A stretch of 61,854 nt of DNA from an uncultured Clostridia bacterium (GTDB lineage Bacteria; Bacillota; Clostridia; TANB77; CAG-508). A program made the position numbers and the translations under genes. The notes beneath the pieces are model-generated. The model saw nothing but the letters and a program-made list of their open reading frames with translations, was not told the origin of the DNA and made no database searches. The first letter of the stretch is position 1. Every line of letters starts with the position of its first letter. This document shows positions 49,008 through 59,123 of this stretch, piece after piece. The stretch covers positions 1-61,854 of the forward strand of contig CASAUJ010000003.1 of NCBI GenBank assembly GCA_949118805.1, written 5' to 3'.

Positions 49008-49116
49008 TTGACTTTGAAATACCAAATTTTGCTGCTGCACCCCTTACCGTATCTTTTGAATCTATTATATATTGTGCTAAATGAATTGCACGTTCTTCAA
49101 TTGATATACATCTCAT
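49001..49116 (-). CDS. spoIIID: spoIIID, 5' segment (N-terminal ~38 codons)
   Basis: MRCISIEERAIHLAQYIIDSKDTVRGAAAKFGISKSTV behind a GGGGG RBS matches the SpoIIID HTH. Beyond ...STVH the ORF-track protein (48877-49131) runs into unrelated element sequence (LKNGLEFGQVV...). Confidence 0.85.
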
Positions 49117-49339
49117 AGAGAAAACCCCCATACGAATACTTTTGTTTAATTGTATTCTTTATTATAAGGGCTTAGAACTTTATCTTTTATTTTCCATTCT
49201 ACTTTTCTTTATTTTCTAGCTTTTCCTTTTATATTTTTTTATTTTGAATTACACAATCCATAATTTTTTCTATATGTTCTCTATTCTTTGGTAATAAATA
49301 ATTTTTATCGCCTATCTATTTCTTAAAAATTGGGTACTT

Positions 49340-49984
49340 TTATACCTCTCTTTTATTATGATAAATGCGATCTAACAATTCATCTGGATACATTCGATCC
49401 AAAAATTCATCGAATACTCCCTTTGGTGGTATTTTTTCACGCCTTCCTTGCTGTCGGTTCCCTGCCATACAAGAAATTACAATGTCAAAAGTCATAAAAA
49501 TCATTAATATTACTGTTACAATTCTTACACTTGTTTTATCAAGAAGTATCTCCATTTTCTGAAAAGCTGGATAAATAACCTTTAAATATGCAATGGCAAT
49601 AATTCCCCAATATACACAGTACAATAAAGAAGTCCTACCATTCAAATTCATAAACATATGAGAATAATCCCATGAAATTGTACCAAAAAATATTTCTTGA
49701 AAAAAAGAGCATAAATACTCTAAAGCACCTCCCATGATCATCCCAGAAAAAAAAGCTTTTTTGGGATCTTGTATCTGTGAAATTAAAATATAATAAGCCA
49801 CTGCACCCATACCATAAATTTGTATAAAGGGACCATAAATTAGCCCTTGCCTTATCTCTAATGTTCTTGTATATACTAATGCATACAACATTTCTGCAAA
49901 GAACCCAAATACACTACCAATTACAAATATCCAAAATATTTTCATCACATAATTTATTATTTTCTTTCCCATATGTTTCCCCAT
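49340..49984 (-). CDS. polytopic membrane protein, putative 'ABC-transporter type IV' (DUF1113/CmpB-like)
   Basis: Six TM helices and the ...FGTISWDYSHMFMNLNGRTSL motif. Confidence 0.55.
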   Translation of the reverse strand: MGKHMGKKIINYVMKIFWIFVIGSVFGFFAEMLYALVYTRTLEIRQGLIYGPFIQIYGMGAVAYYILISQIQDPKKAFFSGMIMGGALEYLCSFFQEIFFGTISWDYSHMFMNLNGRTSLLYCVYWGIIAIAYLKVIYPAFQKMEILLDKTSVRIVTVILMIFMTFDIVISCMAGNRQQGRREKIPPKGVFDEFLDRMYPDELLDRIYHNKREV

Positions 49985-50055
49985 TTATTTTAATTATTCA
50001 CATTATATACCAATTGTGTGGAAAATAAAAGTGTTCCTTTTAAATTAATAAAATC

Positions 50056-50745
50056 TTAATTTGACTCAAAAATAATATCTCTTACCACTTCCCCTGCTAG
50101 AATAAGTCCTGCTACTGATGGAACAAATGATATGCTAGCTGGAACTCCCTGTTTTTTTATTGGTTCTTCTTTTGAATATAATACTTTTAACTGCTTAATA
50201 TCTCTTTTCTTTAGTTCTTTTCTTATCACTTTAGCCAATGGACATACTGATGTATTTTTTATATCTGCTATTTCAAATTTGGTTGGATCTAATTTATTTC
50301 CTGTTCCCATACAAGATAATATTGGAATTTGAAGTTCAGTTGCTTTTTCAATCAACTTTAGTTTAGTTGCTACTGTATCAACACAATCAATTATATAAGA
50401 AAATGAATGGTCCATTATATTTTCTTCTCCCAATGGTAATTCTGTTGTCATATATTCTTCTACTACTGCTTGTGGATTAATTTCCAAAATTCTCTGTTTC
50501 ATTACCTCTATTTTCTTTTTTCCAATCGTTTTAGAAGTTGCATGTATCTGTCGATTTATATTACTTTTCACAATGATATCTTTATCGATCAATACCAAAT
50601 GCCCTACCCCTGCTCTTGTCAAACCTTCTACTACAAAAGAACCAACTCCACCAATTCCATAAATAGCAATTTTGGCTTTTTGTAATTTTTGAACAGCTTC
50701 TTTTCCTATTAATTGCTCTGTTCGACTTGTCCAATCTTCTTCCAT
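50056..50745 (-). CDS. tcdA: tRNA threonylcarbamoyladenosine dehydratase (ThiF/MoeB-family, TcdA-like)
   Basis: KIAIYGIGGVGSFVVEGLTRAGVGHLVLIDKDIIVKSNINRQ Rossmann/ThiF motif. About 230 aa. Confidence 0.8.
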   Translation of the reverse strand: MEEDWTSRTEQLIGKEAVQKLQKAKIAIYGIGGVGSFVVEGLTRAGVGHLVLIDKDIIVKSNINRQIHATSKTIGKKKIEVMKQRILEINPQAVVEEYMTTELPLGEENIMDHSFSYIIDCVDTVATKLKLIEKATELQIPILSCMGTGNKLDPTKFEIADIKNTSVCPLAKVIRKELKKRDIKQLKVLYSKEEPIKKQGVPASISFVPSVAGLILAGEVVRDIIFESN

Positions 50746-50831
50746 TTTTTCTCTTCCTTTCGTTTCCTATTATAGCACATTTTTTGATTCTGTGCTATAA
50801 TGAAATCAAGAATAATGATAGGAGATTTTCT

Positions 50832-52403
50832 ATGTTACGAATTAATCATCTTAAAATTAGAAAAGATTTAACAGAATCTGAAATATTAGACATTGCCATT
50901 CATAAGTATGCCATCCAAAAAGAAGATATTCTTAATTGGCATATCACAAAAAAATCAATTGATGCTAGAAAAAAAGAAGATGTTCATTATAGTTATTCAC
51001 TTGAAATAGAAGTAAAAGAAGAAAATAAGTATCCAAAATTGGAAAAAGTAAAAAAATTAGATCTTCCTTCTCTTCTAGTTAATGCTTCTTTCCCATCTCG
51101 CCCTGTTATTGTAGGGGCTGGTCCTGCTGGACTTTTTGCAGCTCTCACTCTCGTTCAAAATAAAGTAAAACCAATTATAATAGAGCAAGGAGAACCTGTT
51201 GAAGAAAGACAACAAACCGTTTCCACTTTTTTAAAAACAGGGAAACTAAATCCTTCTTCTAATATACAATTTGGAGAAGGTGGCGCTGGCACTTTTTCTG
51301 ATGGAAAATTAACAACTGGTATTCACAGTCCTTTTTGTAAAAAAGTGTTAGAGGAATTTGTTTCTTTCGGTGCACCAAAACAAATCTTATACCTTTCTAA
51401 ACCTCATATTGGAACAGATTATTTAATTCACATCCTTCAAAATATGAGAAATTACATTATCCATCATGGTGGTACTTTTCTTTTTCATACTAAAGTAGTT
51501 GACTTTTCTATTACAAATCAACAACTTCTTAGTGTTCATACGATTAGCAAGGGAGTGGAAAAAGTCATTCCTACAAATCATGCTATTTTAGCAATCGGTC
51601 ATAGTGCAAGAGATACTTTTGAAACCCTCTATCAAAGAGGGTTTGCTATGGAACCTAAAAATTTTTCTATTGGCGTTCGTATTGAGCATTTACAATCTTG
51701 GATTAATAAAGCACAATATGGAACCATTACTAAGTTAAACTTACCACCTGCTGTATATAAATTAGTTTACCATTCTCCTCTTACCAATCGTTCTTGTTAT
51801 ACTTTTTGTATGTGTCCTGGTGGTAATGTCATGGCTTCTTCTAGTGAGCCCAATACCATTGTAACAAATGGTATGAGTCGTTTTGCTAGAAATGGTATGA
51901 ATGCAAATTCTGCTCTTTTAGTAAATATTACTCCAGAAGATTTTGAAACAAATTCCCCTTTAGGAGGCATTTATTTTCAAAAAGCCTTAGAAGAAAAAGC
52001 TTTTACTTTAGGTGGTTCTAACTATTTTGCACCAGTTCAAAGAGTCGAAGATTTTTTAAAAAATCAAAAATCTATGCATATAGGAAAAGTTCAACCTTCC
52101 TATCAACCTGGATTTACTTTCGCTAATTTAAATGATATTTTACCAAATTTTGTTACTACTACCTTAAAAGAAAGTATCCCATTTTTTGATACAAAACTTC
52201 ATGGATTTGCTCATCCTGATAGCATTCTAACTGGACTGGAAACAAGAAGTTCTTCTCCTGTAAAAATCCTTCGAAATGAAAAACTAATAGCCAATATCGA
52301 TGGTGTTTATCCTTGTGGAGAAGGAGCTGGTTATGCAGGTGGTATCATGTCTGCTGCTGTTGATGGGATCAAATGTGCTTATGCTTTACTTGAAAATGCT
52401 TAG
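50832..52403 (+). CDS. FAD-dependent oxidoreductase (COG2509-type)
   Basis: VIVGAGPAGLFAAL dinucleotide motif and GEGAGYAGGIMSAAVDG C-terminal motif. Start set at ATG (MLRINHL) behind GGAGA; the ORF-track N-terminal extension overlaps tcdA. Confidence 0.75.
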   Translation: MLRINHLKIRKDLTESEILDIAIHKYAIQKEDILNWHITKKSIDARKKEDVHYSYSLEIEVKEENKYPKLEKVKKLDLPSLLVNASFPSRPVIVGAGPAGLFAALTLVQNKVKPIIIEQGEPVEERQQTVSTFLKTGKLNPSSNIQFGEGGAGTFSDGKLTTGIHSPFCKKVLEEFVSFGAPKQILYLSKPHIGTDYLIHILQNMRNYIIHHGGTFLFHTKVVDFSITNQQLLSVHTISKGVEKVIPTNHAILAIGHSARDTFETLYQRGFAMEPKNFSIGVRIEHLQSWINKAQYGTITKLNLPPAVYKLVYHSPLTNRSCYTFCMCPGGNVMASSSEPNTIVTNGMSRFARNGMNANSALLVNITPEDFETNSPLGGIYFQKALEEKAFTLGGSNYFAPVQRVEDFLKNQKSMHIGKVQPSYQPGFTFANLNDILPNFVTTTLKESIPFFDTKLHGFAHPDSILTGLETRSSSPVKILRNEKLIANIDGVYPCGEGAGYAGGIMSAAVDGIKCAYALLENA

Positions 52404-53542
52404 TTGCTTTTTAGTTTTTTTATGATTTCACATAAGTTTTCTACTAAAAAATCTATATCTTCTTTGGTATTTTCCTCCCCAAATGTAAACCTTAGGGAAC
52501 TACGTGCTAACTCATCTGATTTTCCAATACTAGATAGAACATGAGATGGAGCTGTTGATCCAGAAGTACATGCAGAACCGCTAGAAGCACAAATTCCTTT
52601 CGCATCTAAATTTAATAGCAATGCTTCTCCATCTACAAATGGAAAAGCAATATTTGCATTTCCAGGTAAACGATTTTCAATTCCTCCATTTAACATAGCT
52701 CCCTCTATTTTTTCTTGTACTTGTTGTATAAAATAGTCTCTTAATTCTGTTAAATGTCTCATATGTTCTTCTAAATTATGATTTGCTAATTCACATGCTT
52801 TTCCTAATCCTATAATACCTGCTACATTTTCTGTTCCTGCTCTTTTATTTTTTTCCTGATGCCCTCCATCCATAAATTTCTCAAATTCGATTCCATTTCT
52901 CACATACAATACCCCAATGCCTTTTGGAGCATATAATTTATGACCAGACAAAGACAAACTATCGATTCCCATTCTTTTTACATCAATTGGCACATTTCCA
53001 CATGCTTGCACAGCATCTGTGTGAAACACAATATTATACATCTTTGCAATTTTAGAAATCATTTCAATTGGTTGGATCGTACCAATTTCATTATTAGCAA
53101 ACATAATGCTTATCAATATGGTATCATTTCGAATGGAATTCCTTAATTCATCTATATCAATTCTACCTTCTTTGTCTACTTTTAAATAAGTGACTTCAAA
53201 TCCTTTTCTTTCTAACATTTGGCAAGTATGCAAAACAGCTGGATGTTCAATTTGTGAAGTGATAATATGTCTTCCTTTTTTTTGATAAGAATAGGCTATT
53301 CCTTTTATGATTGTATTATCACTTTCTGATCCACATCCTGTAAAATAAATTTCATTTGGAGTTGCATTGATTAAATTTGCCACTTTTTTTCTAGCTTCCT
53401 CTATGGCTTTTTTAGAAATTCTCCCTATGCTATATAAAGAAGAAGGATTTCCATAATTTTCTGTAAAATATGGTAGCATTTCTTCTAGTACTTCTTTTTT
53501 TACCCTTGTTGTAGCTGCATTATCAAAATATCTAATTTTCAT
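52400..53542 (-). CDS. cysteine desulfurase (NifS/IscS family)
   Basis: SGHKLYAPKGIG PLP-lysine motif and SSGSACTSG active-site loop. 380 aa. Confidence 0.9.
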   Translation of the reverse strand: MKIRYFDNAATTRVKKEVLEEMLPYFTENYGNPSSLYSIGRISKKAIEEARKKVANLINATPNEIYFTGCGSESDNTIIKGIAYSYQKKGRHIITSQIEHPAVLHTCQMLERKGFEVTYLKVDKEGRIDIDELRNSIRNDTILISIMFANNEIGTIQPIEMISKIAKMYNIVFHTDAVQACGNVPIDVKRMGIDSLSLSGHKLYAPKGIGVLYVRNGIEFEKFMDGGHQEKNKRAGTENVAGIIGLGKACELANHNLEEHMRHLTELRDYFIQQVQEKIEGAMLNGGIENRLPGNANIAFPFVDGEALLLNLDAKGICASSGSACTSGSTAPSHVLSSIGKSDELARSSLRFTFGEENTKEDIDFLVENLCEIIKKLKSN

Positions 53543-53606
53543 TGTTATTCTTCCTTTCCGATCTTTTATTTTATTATATTCAAGGGCACTAATTATATTT
53601 ACATTT

Positions 53607-54464
53607 TTATGGTAATATCTTTTGAATTTTATCTAAATTTTGTATAACTGCTTGGTAACCAAAGTGATAACATTTATCTAGTTTTTCTATATCAAGAAGC
53701 CCCGTTTTGTCTGTTGCAATTGTTAAAAGGAAATCACTTTGTTCTATACTTTCCTCTGAAATTTTGTTTCCCATAATATCAATTGTTCTCATTGTAATAT
53801 CCATTATATTACTATTTTCATCTACATCATCTGCTTTAAAATTAATAGCAATCACTCGATCCGCTCCTTGCTTTTTCACCTCTAAAACAGGAATATTGTC
53901 CAATATTCCTCCATCTAAAAACTTATGTTGTTTAAATTCACAGGGACAAAATATGGCTGGAAAACTACTACTTGCTCTTACTGCCTTTCCGATTGAAATA
54001 TCGGTAATATATTGGGATTTATCTTCGATTCCTTCTGGTATTTGATTGGTAAAAATATATTCTTTAGAAAGCTTTACATCTACTGTGGGAATTACTAATG
54101 GCATCTTTGTAATATCACTAATCTTTTGAATTCCCTTTTTGATTGCTACATGATTATATGCCTTCTCTAAACTTTCTCCAGTTTTTAAACCTGCAATTCC
54201 TATTTTCTTATTTATCATAAAATTACTAATTCCTGATATTACTGGTAATGAACTCATTTCTACAATGTCTTTGGCATATCGTTTAAATAAAACATAAATA
54301 TAATAAGGAGAATATCCCATTGCATACAAAGAAGCCACTAAACTCCCTGAACTAGTTCCTCCTATTACATCAATTGGAACTTTGTGATCTTCCATGGCTT
54401 TTAAAGCTCCCGCATGTGCAATTCCTCTAATTCCTCCCCCAGATAGTGCTACTCCTAATTTCAA
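53607..54464 (-). CDS. patatin-like phospholipase
   Basis: GVALSGGGIRGIAHAG oxyanion motif, GTSSGS nucleophile elbow, DGG. Start set at the TTG behind GAAGGTG, downstream of a terminator hairpin. Confidence 0.8.
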   Translation of the reverse strand: MKLGVALSGGGIRGIAHAGALKAMEDHKVPIDVIGGTSSGSLVASLYAMGYSPYYIYVLFKRYAKDIVEMSSLPVISGISNFMINKKIGIAGLKTGESLEKAYNHVAIKKGIQKISDITKMPLVIPTVDVKLSKEYIFTNQIPEGIEDKSQYITDISIGKAVRASSSFPAIFCPCEFKQHKFLDGGILDNIPVLEVKKQGADRVIAINFKADDVDENSNIMDITMRTIDIMGNKISEESIEQSDFLLTIATDKTGLLDIEKLDKCYHFGYQAVIQNLDKIQKILP

Positions 54465-54595
54465 ATAAACACCTTCTTTTCTCTTTTCTACTTTTATAGT
54501 ATTTACCAATTTTATGAAATTAAACCAAAAAAGTGAGGTTTTTATTTTCTTGCTTCTCAATTCCAAGAAAATCAAAACCTCATTTTTCTTCTTAT

Positions 54596-56329
54596 TTATT
54601 TTTTATCTGTATAATAAAATTCTCCAAAAGCATAGGTTACTTGATAATATTTTCCTATAAAGGATGGTTCTGTTGAATCTTTAAATTCATAAATAGGGGC
54701 CACGACTTCTTGCCCTTTTTCGTTGATTGCTCCCCATTTTCCATCTTTTTTTACAGCTGCAAATCCATATCGATTTAATTCATAAGCTTTTTCATATTGA
54801 TAATCTACTATTATATTCCCTGCTTTATCCACAAATCCATATTTTCCATTCTTTTTATCCACAAATAATGTATGATCTTTATAGATTTCTGTATTTTTCT
54901 GCTCTTTTCCTTCTAAATCAAAATATCTAGTTTCTAATTCGTTTGATACTTTGATATAAAAATCTTCTACTTGTACTATGGCATTTTCCATTTGACATAT
55001 TTTTTCCATTGTTTTTGCATAGATTTCTACCGTTTTATTTTCTGTTAATACGGCTTGTATTAAGTCTGTATTTTGGATTTTTTGTAAAGAATCATGATTC
55101 ATTTCTACTCGGATATTCCCCTTATCATCTATGATTCCCAATTTTCCATTTTCATCACTTACGATAAAATAATGATCATATAAATACTCTATATAGTTAT
55201 ATTTTTCTTCAATTAGTTGCTTTCCATCTTTTTGAATCACTCCATATTTTGTTCCATTTTCATTATTAATTCTTATTTTATAGTTTTCATTACTAGTATT
55301 TAATATAGCTATATTAGAATTTACATTTGCTTGTGTTCCATTCTTATTATAGACTGTCACCCCTTGATGGTTTTTCGCATATAAATAATTCCCTGTAATA
55401 TCAATTTCATCATATTGTATTGGTATGATTACTTTTCCTTCTAAGTTAGCAACTCCATATTTTTTACTTTTTTCCAATACCATAACTTGATTGGTTCCAT
55501 CGTAATGAATGGATTGATATTCATTTTTTATGACCGTTTCTTCATTTTTAGTCACTCCATATTGTCCATTTTTAGCACCAATCAAATAGATATTATCTGT
55601 ATCTTTAATTTCTTTTACTCTTTCAATCTCATTATATTCTATTTTTAATATTTCTTTGCCCTTATAATTTAAATACCCATAACGATATCCTTCTGATGTT
55701 TTTAATAATACAATATATCCTGCATAACGATAACTCTTTTCACTTGTATAATATTCATCTACTTGAATCTCATCATATTGACTTTCTACTAATACATTTC
55801 CTTTTATATTAATCACACCATATTTTTCATTTTGTTTGACCAATAGTTCTCCTTCTTTATAAGGTAAACTATCAATCTGTTCATATATGGCTTTGGTAAT
55901 TTCTTTTCCTTCTAAATTAAGTAATCCATATTTACCGTCCTTCTCATATTTTAAAACACTTTTTTCAAAAATGAGATCACTTGAAATATTTTTAAGTTGA
56001 ATTGGTTGTACCTTATTGTACTTGATTAAGATTTCTTCTCCTTTTTCATTGAATACTTTGGTTTGTTCTCCTTGATAACATATGAAAACAGGTTTTTCAG
56101 GATTGGGTATTTCTACTTTTTGATAATTAGAATTTACAATAGTATTTCCTTTTTCGTCAATTACTCCAAAGGTTTCTCCTTGTTTTACTACAAAATAATG
56201 ATATTCGTTAATTTCTTCTATCGCATAGTCTTTTCCTTTTTCAAGTATGAAGTAATAACTCCCCCCTCCAATTACTAATAATAATATTATTACTAGAATC
56301 ACTGTTATGATTATCTTTCTTTTTTTCAT
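54596..56329 (-). CDS. membrane-anchored WG-repeat (KWG) protein
   Basis: N-terminal TM plus about 10 repeats of the type ...KYGVIN.KG..I....Y..I.... Confidence 0.7.
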   Translation of the reverse strand: MKKRKIIITVILVIILLLVIGGGSYYFILEKGKDYAIEEINEYHYFVVKQGETFGVIDEKGNTIVNSNYQKVEIPNPEKPVFICYQGEQTKVFNEKGEEILIKYNKVQPIQLKNISSDLIFEKSVLKYEKDGKYGLLNLEGKEITKAIYEQIDSLPYKEGELLVKQNEKYGVINIKGNVLVESQYDEIQVDEYYTSEKSYRYAGYIVLLKTSEGYRYGYLNYKGKEILKIEYNEIERVKEIKDTDNIYLIGAKNGQYGVTKNEETVIKNEYQSIHYDGTNQVMVLEKSKKYGVANLEGKVIIPIQYDEIDITGNYLYAKNHQGVTVYNKNGTQANVNSNIAILNTSNENYKIRINNENGTKYGVIQKDGKQLIEEKYNYIEYLYDHYFIVSDENGKLGIIDDKGNIRVEMNHDSLQKIQNTDLIQAVLTENKTVEIYAKTMEKICQMENAIVQVEDFYIKVSNELETRYFDLEGKEQKNTEIYKDHTLFVDKKNGKYGFVDKAGNIIVDYQYEKAYELNRYGFAAVKKDGKWGAINEKGQEVVAPIYEFKDSTEPSFIGKYYQVTYAFGEFYYTDKK

Positions 56330-57642
56330 TTCTCTTCTTCCTTTTCTTCTATATTGTTCTTACATGCCTTTACTTTTAAAATTCTTTTGTCTTCGTATAA
56401 TTCTATTTTGTAAGTAACAGTTTCTGTATCAATTACTGGTTTCTCATCTTCTTCTGGAATTCTTCCTAATTTTTCTTGAAGAAATCCTGAAAGAGTATCA
56501 TAATCTCCTTCTGGAATTTTTGCATTTAGTATTTTGTTAATGTCATTTACAGTCATACTTCCACTTAATAAATAGGTATTGGAATCAATTTGCTCATACT
56601 CTTTTTCTTCTTTGTCATATTCATCATATATATCTCCTACTAGTTCTTCTAATATGTCTTCCATTGTAATTAGTCCTGCTGTTCCTCCATATTCATCTAC
56701 AATAATAGCCAATTGTTTTTTATTTTTCTGTAATTCTTTGAAAACTTCGTTAATCAATCGATTTTGTGATACAAAATAGGCATCTTTCATCACATTTTTA
56801 ACTTTAAAATTCTTTTTATTCATATTTTTTAAAACGTCTTTTACATATAGAATTCCTTTGATTTCATCGATTGTTTCATCATAAACTGGAATTCTACTAT
56901 AACGATATTCTTCTTGGGAAAGTTCTTGCAATAATTCCTCATTACTAATATTTAGATCTACTGCAAAAATGTCTTTTCTATGTCTCATAATTTCAGAAAC
57001 AGTAATATCATTAAATTCAAATACATTGTTGATCAATTCTTTTTCTTCTTCTTGTATGGTTCCTTTTTCTTCTCCTTGATCAATTAACATTTTTATTTCT
57101 TCTTCTGTTACCGTTTCTTCCTCATTTTCTCCTACCCCAAATAACTTTGATACAGCATTTGTTACCCATGTTAAAAATTTAACAAATGGTGCTGTAATAA
57201 CAGATATTGCTCGAATAATTCCAATCGTAGCAAAAGATATTTTTTCATAATTCTTCATTGCAAATCTTTTTGGAACTAATTCTCCAAATACTAAAGTAAA
57301 GAAGGAAAGGATAATAGTAATAATAATAATTGCTACATTTTTCCAAATACTAAGATTAATAAATGGCATGATTTGAAATAAAATTGGGGCTAATTTTTCA
57401 GCAAATGCATCTGATGCAAAGGCACTTGATAAAAATCCTGCTAAAGTAATTCCGATCTGAATGGTTGCTAAAAATTTACTTGGTGTTTTAATCATTTTTT
57501 CAATTTGTTTTGCTTTTCTATCTCCCTCTTTTGCTTGTTTTTCTATTTTTGCATCATTTAAAGATATAAATGCAATTTCTGCTGCTGCAAAAAAAGCATT
57601 TAATGCAATTAATAAAACTAACATCATTATTTGTGTCATCAT
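56326..57642 (-). CDS. CNNM/HlyC-CorC family transporter (DUF21 + CBS pair + CorC_HlyC)
   Basis: LNAFFAAAEIAFISL DUF21 start, CBS region (SRIPVYDETIDEIKGILYVKD), EELVGDIYDEYD. Confidence 0.85.
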   Translation of the reverse strand: MMTQIMMLVLLIALNAFFAAAEIAFISLNDAKIEKQAKEGDRKAKQIEKMIKTPSKFLATIQIGITLAGFLSSAFASDAFAEKLAPILFQIMPFINLSIWKNVAIIIITIILSFFTLVFGELVPKRFAMKNYEKISFATIGIIRAISVITAPFVKFLTWVTNAVSKLFGVGENEEETVTEEEIKMLIDQGEEKGTIQEEEKELINNVFEFNDITVSEIMRHRKDIFAVDLNISNEELLQELSQEEYRYSRIPVYDETIDEIKGILYVKDVLKNMNKKNFKVKNVMKDAYFVSQNRLINEVFKELQKNKKQLAIIVDEYGGTAGLITMEDILEELVGDIYDEYDKEEKEYEQIDSNTYLLSGSMTVNDINKILNAKIPEGDYDTLSGFLQEKLGRIPEEDEKPVIDTETVTYKIELYEDKRILKVKACKNNIEEKEEEK

Positions 57643-57821
57643 TTATTTTTTCTCCCTAATTTTTTCTTTTCGTATTTATTATATCCGTTTTTTCTTTTTT
57701 TTTCAATAAATTTTCATTGTTTTTTTGTAAGTAGCTTTTTTCTTTTTGATTTCATTTTAAAAGTTTATCCTATTTTCTCTAAAATGGGATAAACTTTTCT
57801 AAAAATAATAAATGTTACAAT

Positions 57822-59105
57822 TTATTTTCCTGTAATTGGCAATGTTTTTCTAGTAAATGCAATTTGTTTTTCAGGTTCGATTTCTCCTCCTTTGCTGCTT
57901 CTTCCCTCTTCTTCATATTTATCACACACTGTTATTTCACGATTTTCATATAAACTAAGTTGGAAAGCAATTAAGTCTTCTTCCTCCATATAATGTTGAT
58001 AAGGCTTTTTTTCGTATAAATAATATTTTCCTGGTATAAAGTGATTCCTTTCAATTTTTCCCTCTTGATTGGTTTTTAAATCAGAATAAACGACTTGTTT
58101 GTTTTCATCTAATATCTCAAATTCTATATTTTCCAATCTTTCTTTCGTATTTTCCACTTGTTTTATAATCGTTAATTTTGTGCTATTCTCTGGAAAGAAA
58201 TCATTTTCTTCTCCTTTTCCTTCCTCACAACTTATCGTTGTAATTGCGTAAATTTCATTCTCTGCTTGGGGTGATACTCCATAAAAAACTGGTTTTGTTT
58301 GTACTTGTCCTGTGGCTATTATTTTCAATTCTCCTGATCTCACCATGTTTCTAATTGGAATTAATATCTTAAATTCTTCTGTTCCTCCAAATTGATTTTT
58401 CTCTTGATTTTGTGGATCTGTTATTTTTATGCCTTCTCTATTAGTATCATTTTTTCCTTCTACCTTTATCGTATAATTTTCGATATTGGTATTAGCTGTT
58501 ACATAAAATATTTTTGACACATATTGTTTATCCATTTCATCTTGTTTCCAATAATATTCTTTTTCTCTGATTTCCATAGTAGAAGATTGTTTTACTTCTT
58601 GAGAATTATTTGCCTTTTCAATAATTAATTTCATTGCTCTTAGGGTTCTTTCCCCTGCTTCTCCAATGGCCTCAAAATCGTTTAGATCTCTTCCTTGTAG
58701 ATAACAAAAAATTGCTTGTTCTGTTGCTATAAAGGCTTCCAGTTTATTGTTTACCCCTAATTCATCAATGGATTTGTATGGATATCCATTGATGATTCTT
58801 CTCCATAATCCAACTTCTTTTATGCTTTCTTTTATGGTTACACTATGGTTTATGAATTCTCCTTCCTGCTTTAATTGATTTATCCCATAAACTGGATATT
58901 GCACGCCATCTTGTGTAGATTGTATATAATTGCTTTTTATTACTTCTCCTTTATACTTTAACAATTCTCCACAACTTCCTATTGTATATAAGTTTACAGA
59001 TGCTGTCTGCATCGCATATACTGCATTTATAAATCCTAATCCATTCATGATTAAAATAGTCATTATGATAAAAATCTTTTTTATTTTTCTTTTTTTATTT
59101 TTCAA
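57822..59105 (-). CDS. surface protein with SpaA/Cna-B-type domain and C-terminal LPITG motif
   Basis: Signal peptide; KLTIIKQVENTKERLENIEFEILDENKQVVYSDLKTNQEGKIERNHFIPGKYYLYEKK is a Cna-B/SpaA-like fold. It ends ...TLPITGK* with no hydrophobic tail after the motif. Confidence 0.6.
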   Translation of the reverse strand: MKNKKRKIKKIFIIMTILIMNGLGFINAVYAMQTASVNLYTIGSCGELLKYKGEVIKSNYIQSTQDGVQYPVYGINQLKQEGEFINHSVTIKESIKEVGLWRRIINGYPYKSIDELGVNNKLEAFIATEQAIFCYLQGRDLNDFEAIGEAGERTLRAMKLIIEKANNSQEVKQSSTMEIREKEYYWKQDEMDKQYVSKIFYVTANTNIENYTIKVEGKNDTNREGIKITDPQNQEKNQFGGTEEFKILIPIRNMVRSGELKIIATGQVQTKPVFYGVSPQAENEIYAITTISCEEGKGEENDFFPENSTKLTIIKQVENTKERLENIEFEILDENKQVVYSDLKTNQEGKIERNHFIPGKYYLYEKKPYQHYMEEEDLIAFQLSLYENREITVCDKYEEEGRSSKGGEIEPEKQIAFTRKTLPITGK

Positions 59106-59123
59106 ATTTTTTTCTTCCTTTCT

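Noticed and set aside
48877-49131. 84-aa ORF that looks like a complete small HTH gene
   Set aside because: Only its first ~38 codons after the internal ATG match SpoIIID. Beyond ...STVHTDVT the sequence (LKNGLEFGQVVPESIEIKG...) is read-through into the inserted element. The true C-terminal half lies at 39502-39663.
50727-50831. N-terminal extensions suggested by the ORF track (also 31784-31873, 9735-9767, 54465-54575, 15716-15796, 25357-25398, 6353-6394)
   Set aside because: Internal starts with good Shine-Dalgarno spacing exist. The extensions overlap neighbouring genes, promoters or terminator hairpins.
57795-57824. Stop-codon read-through after LPITGK to supply a sorting-signal tail
   Set aside because: The in-frame sequence after TAA gives only about 7 hydrophobic residues (IVTFIIF) before RK. 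That is too short for a typical sortase sorting signal, so there is no support for programmed read-through.
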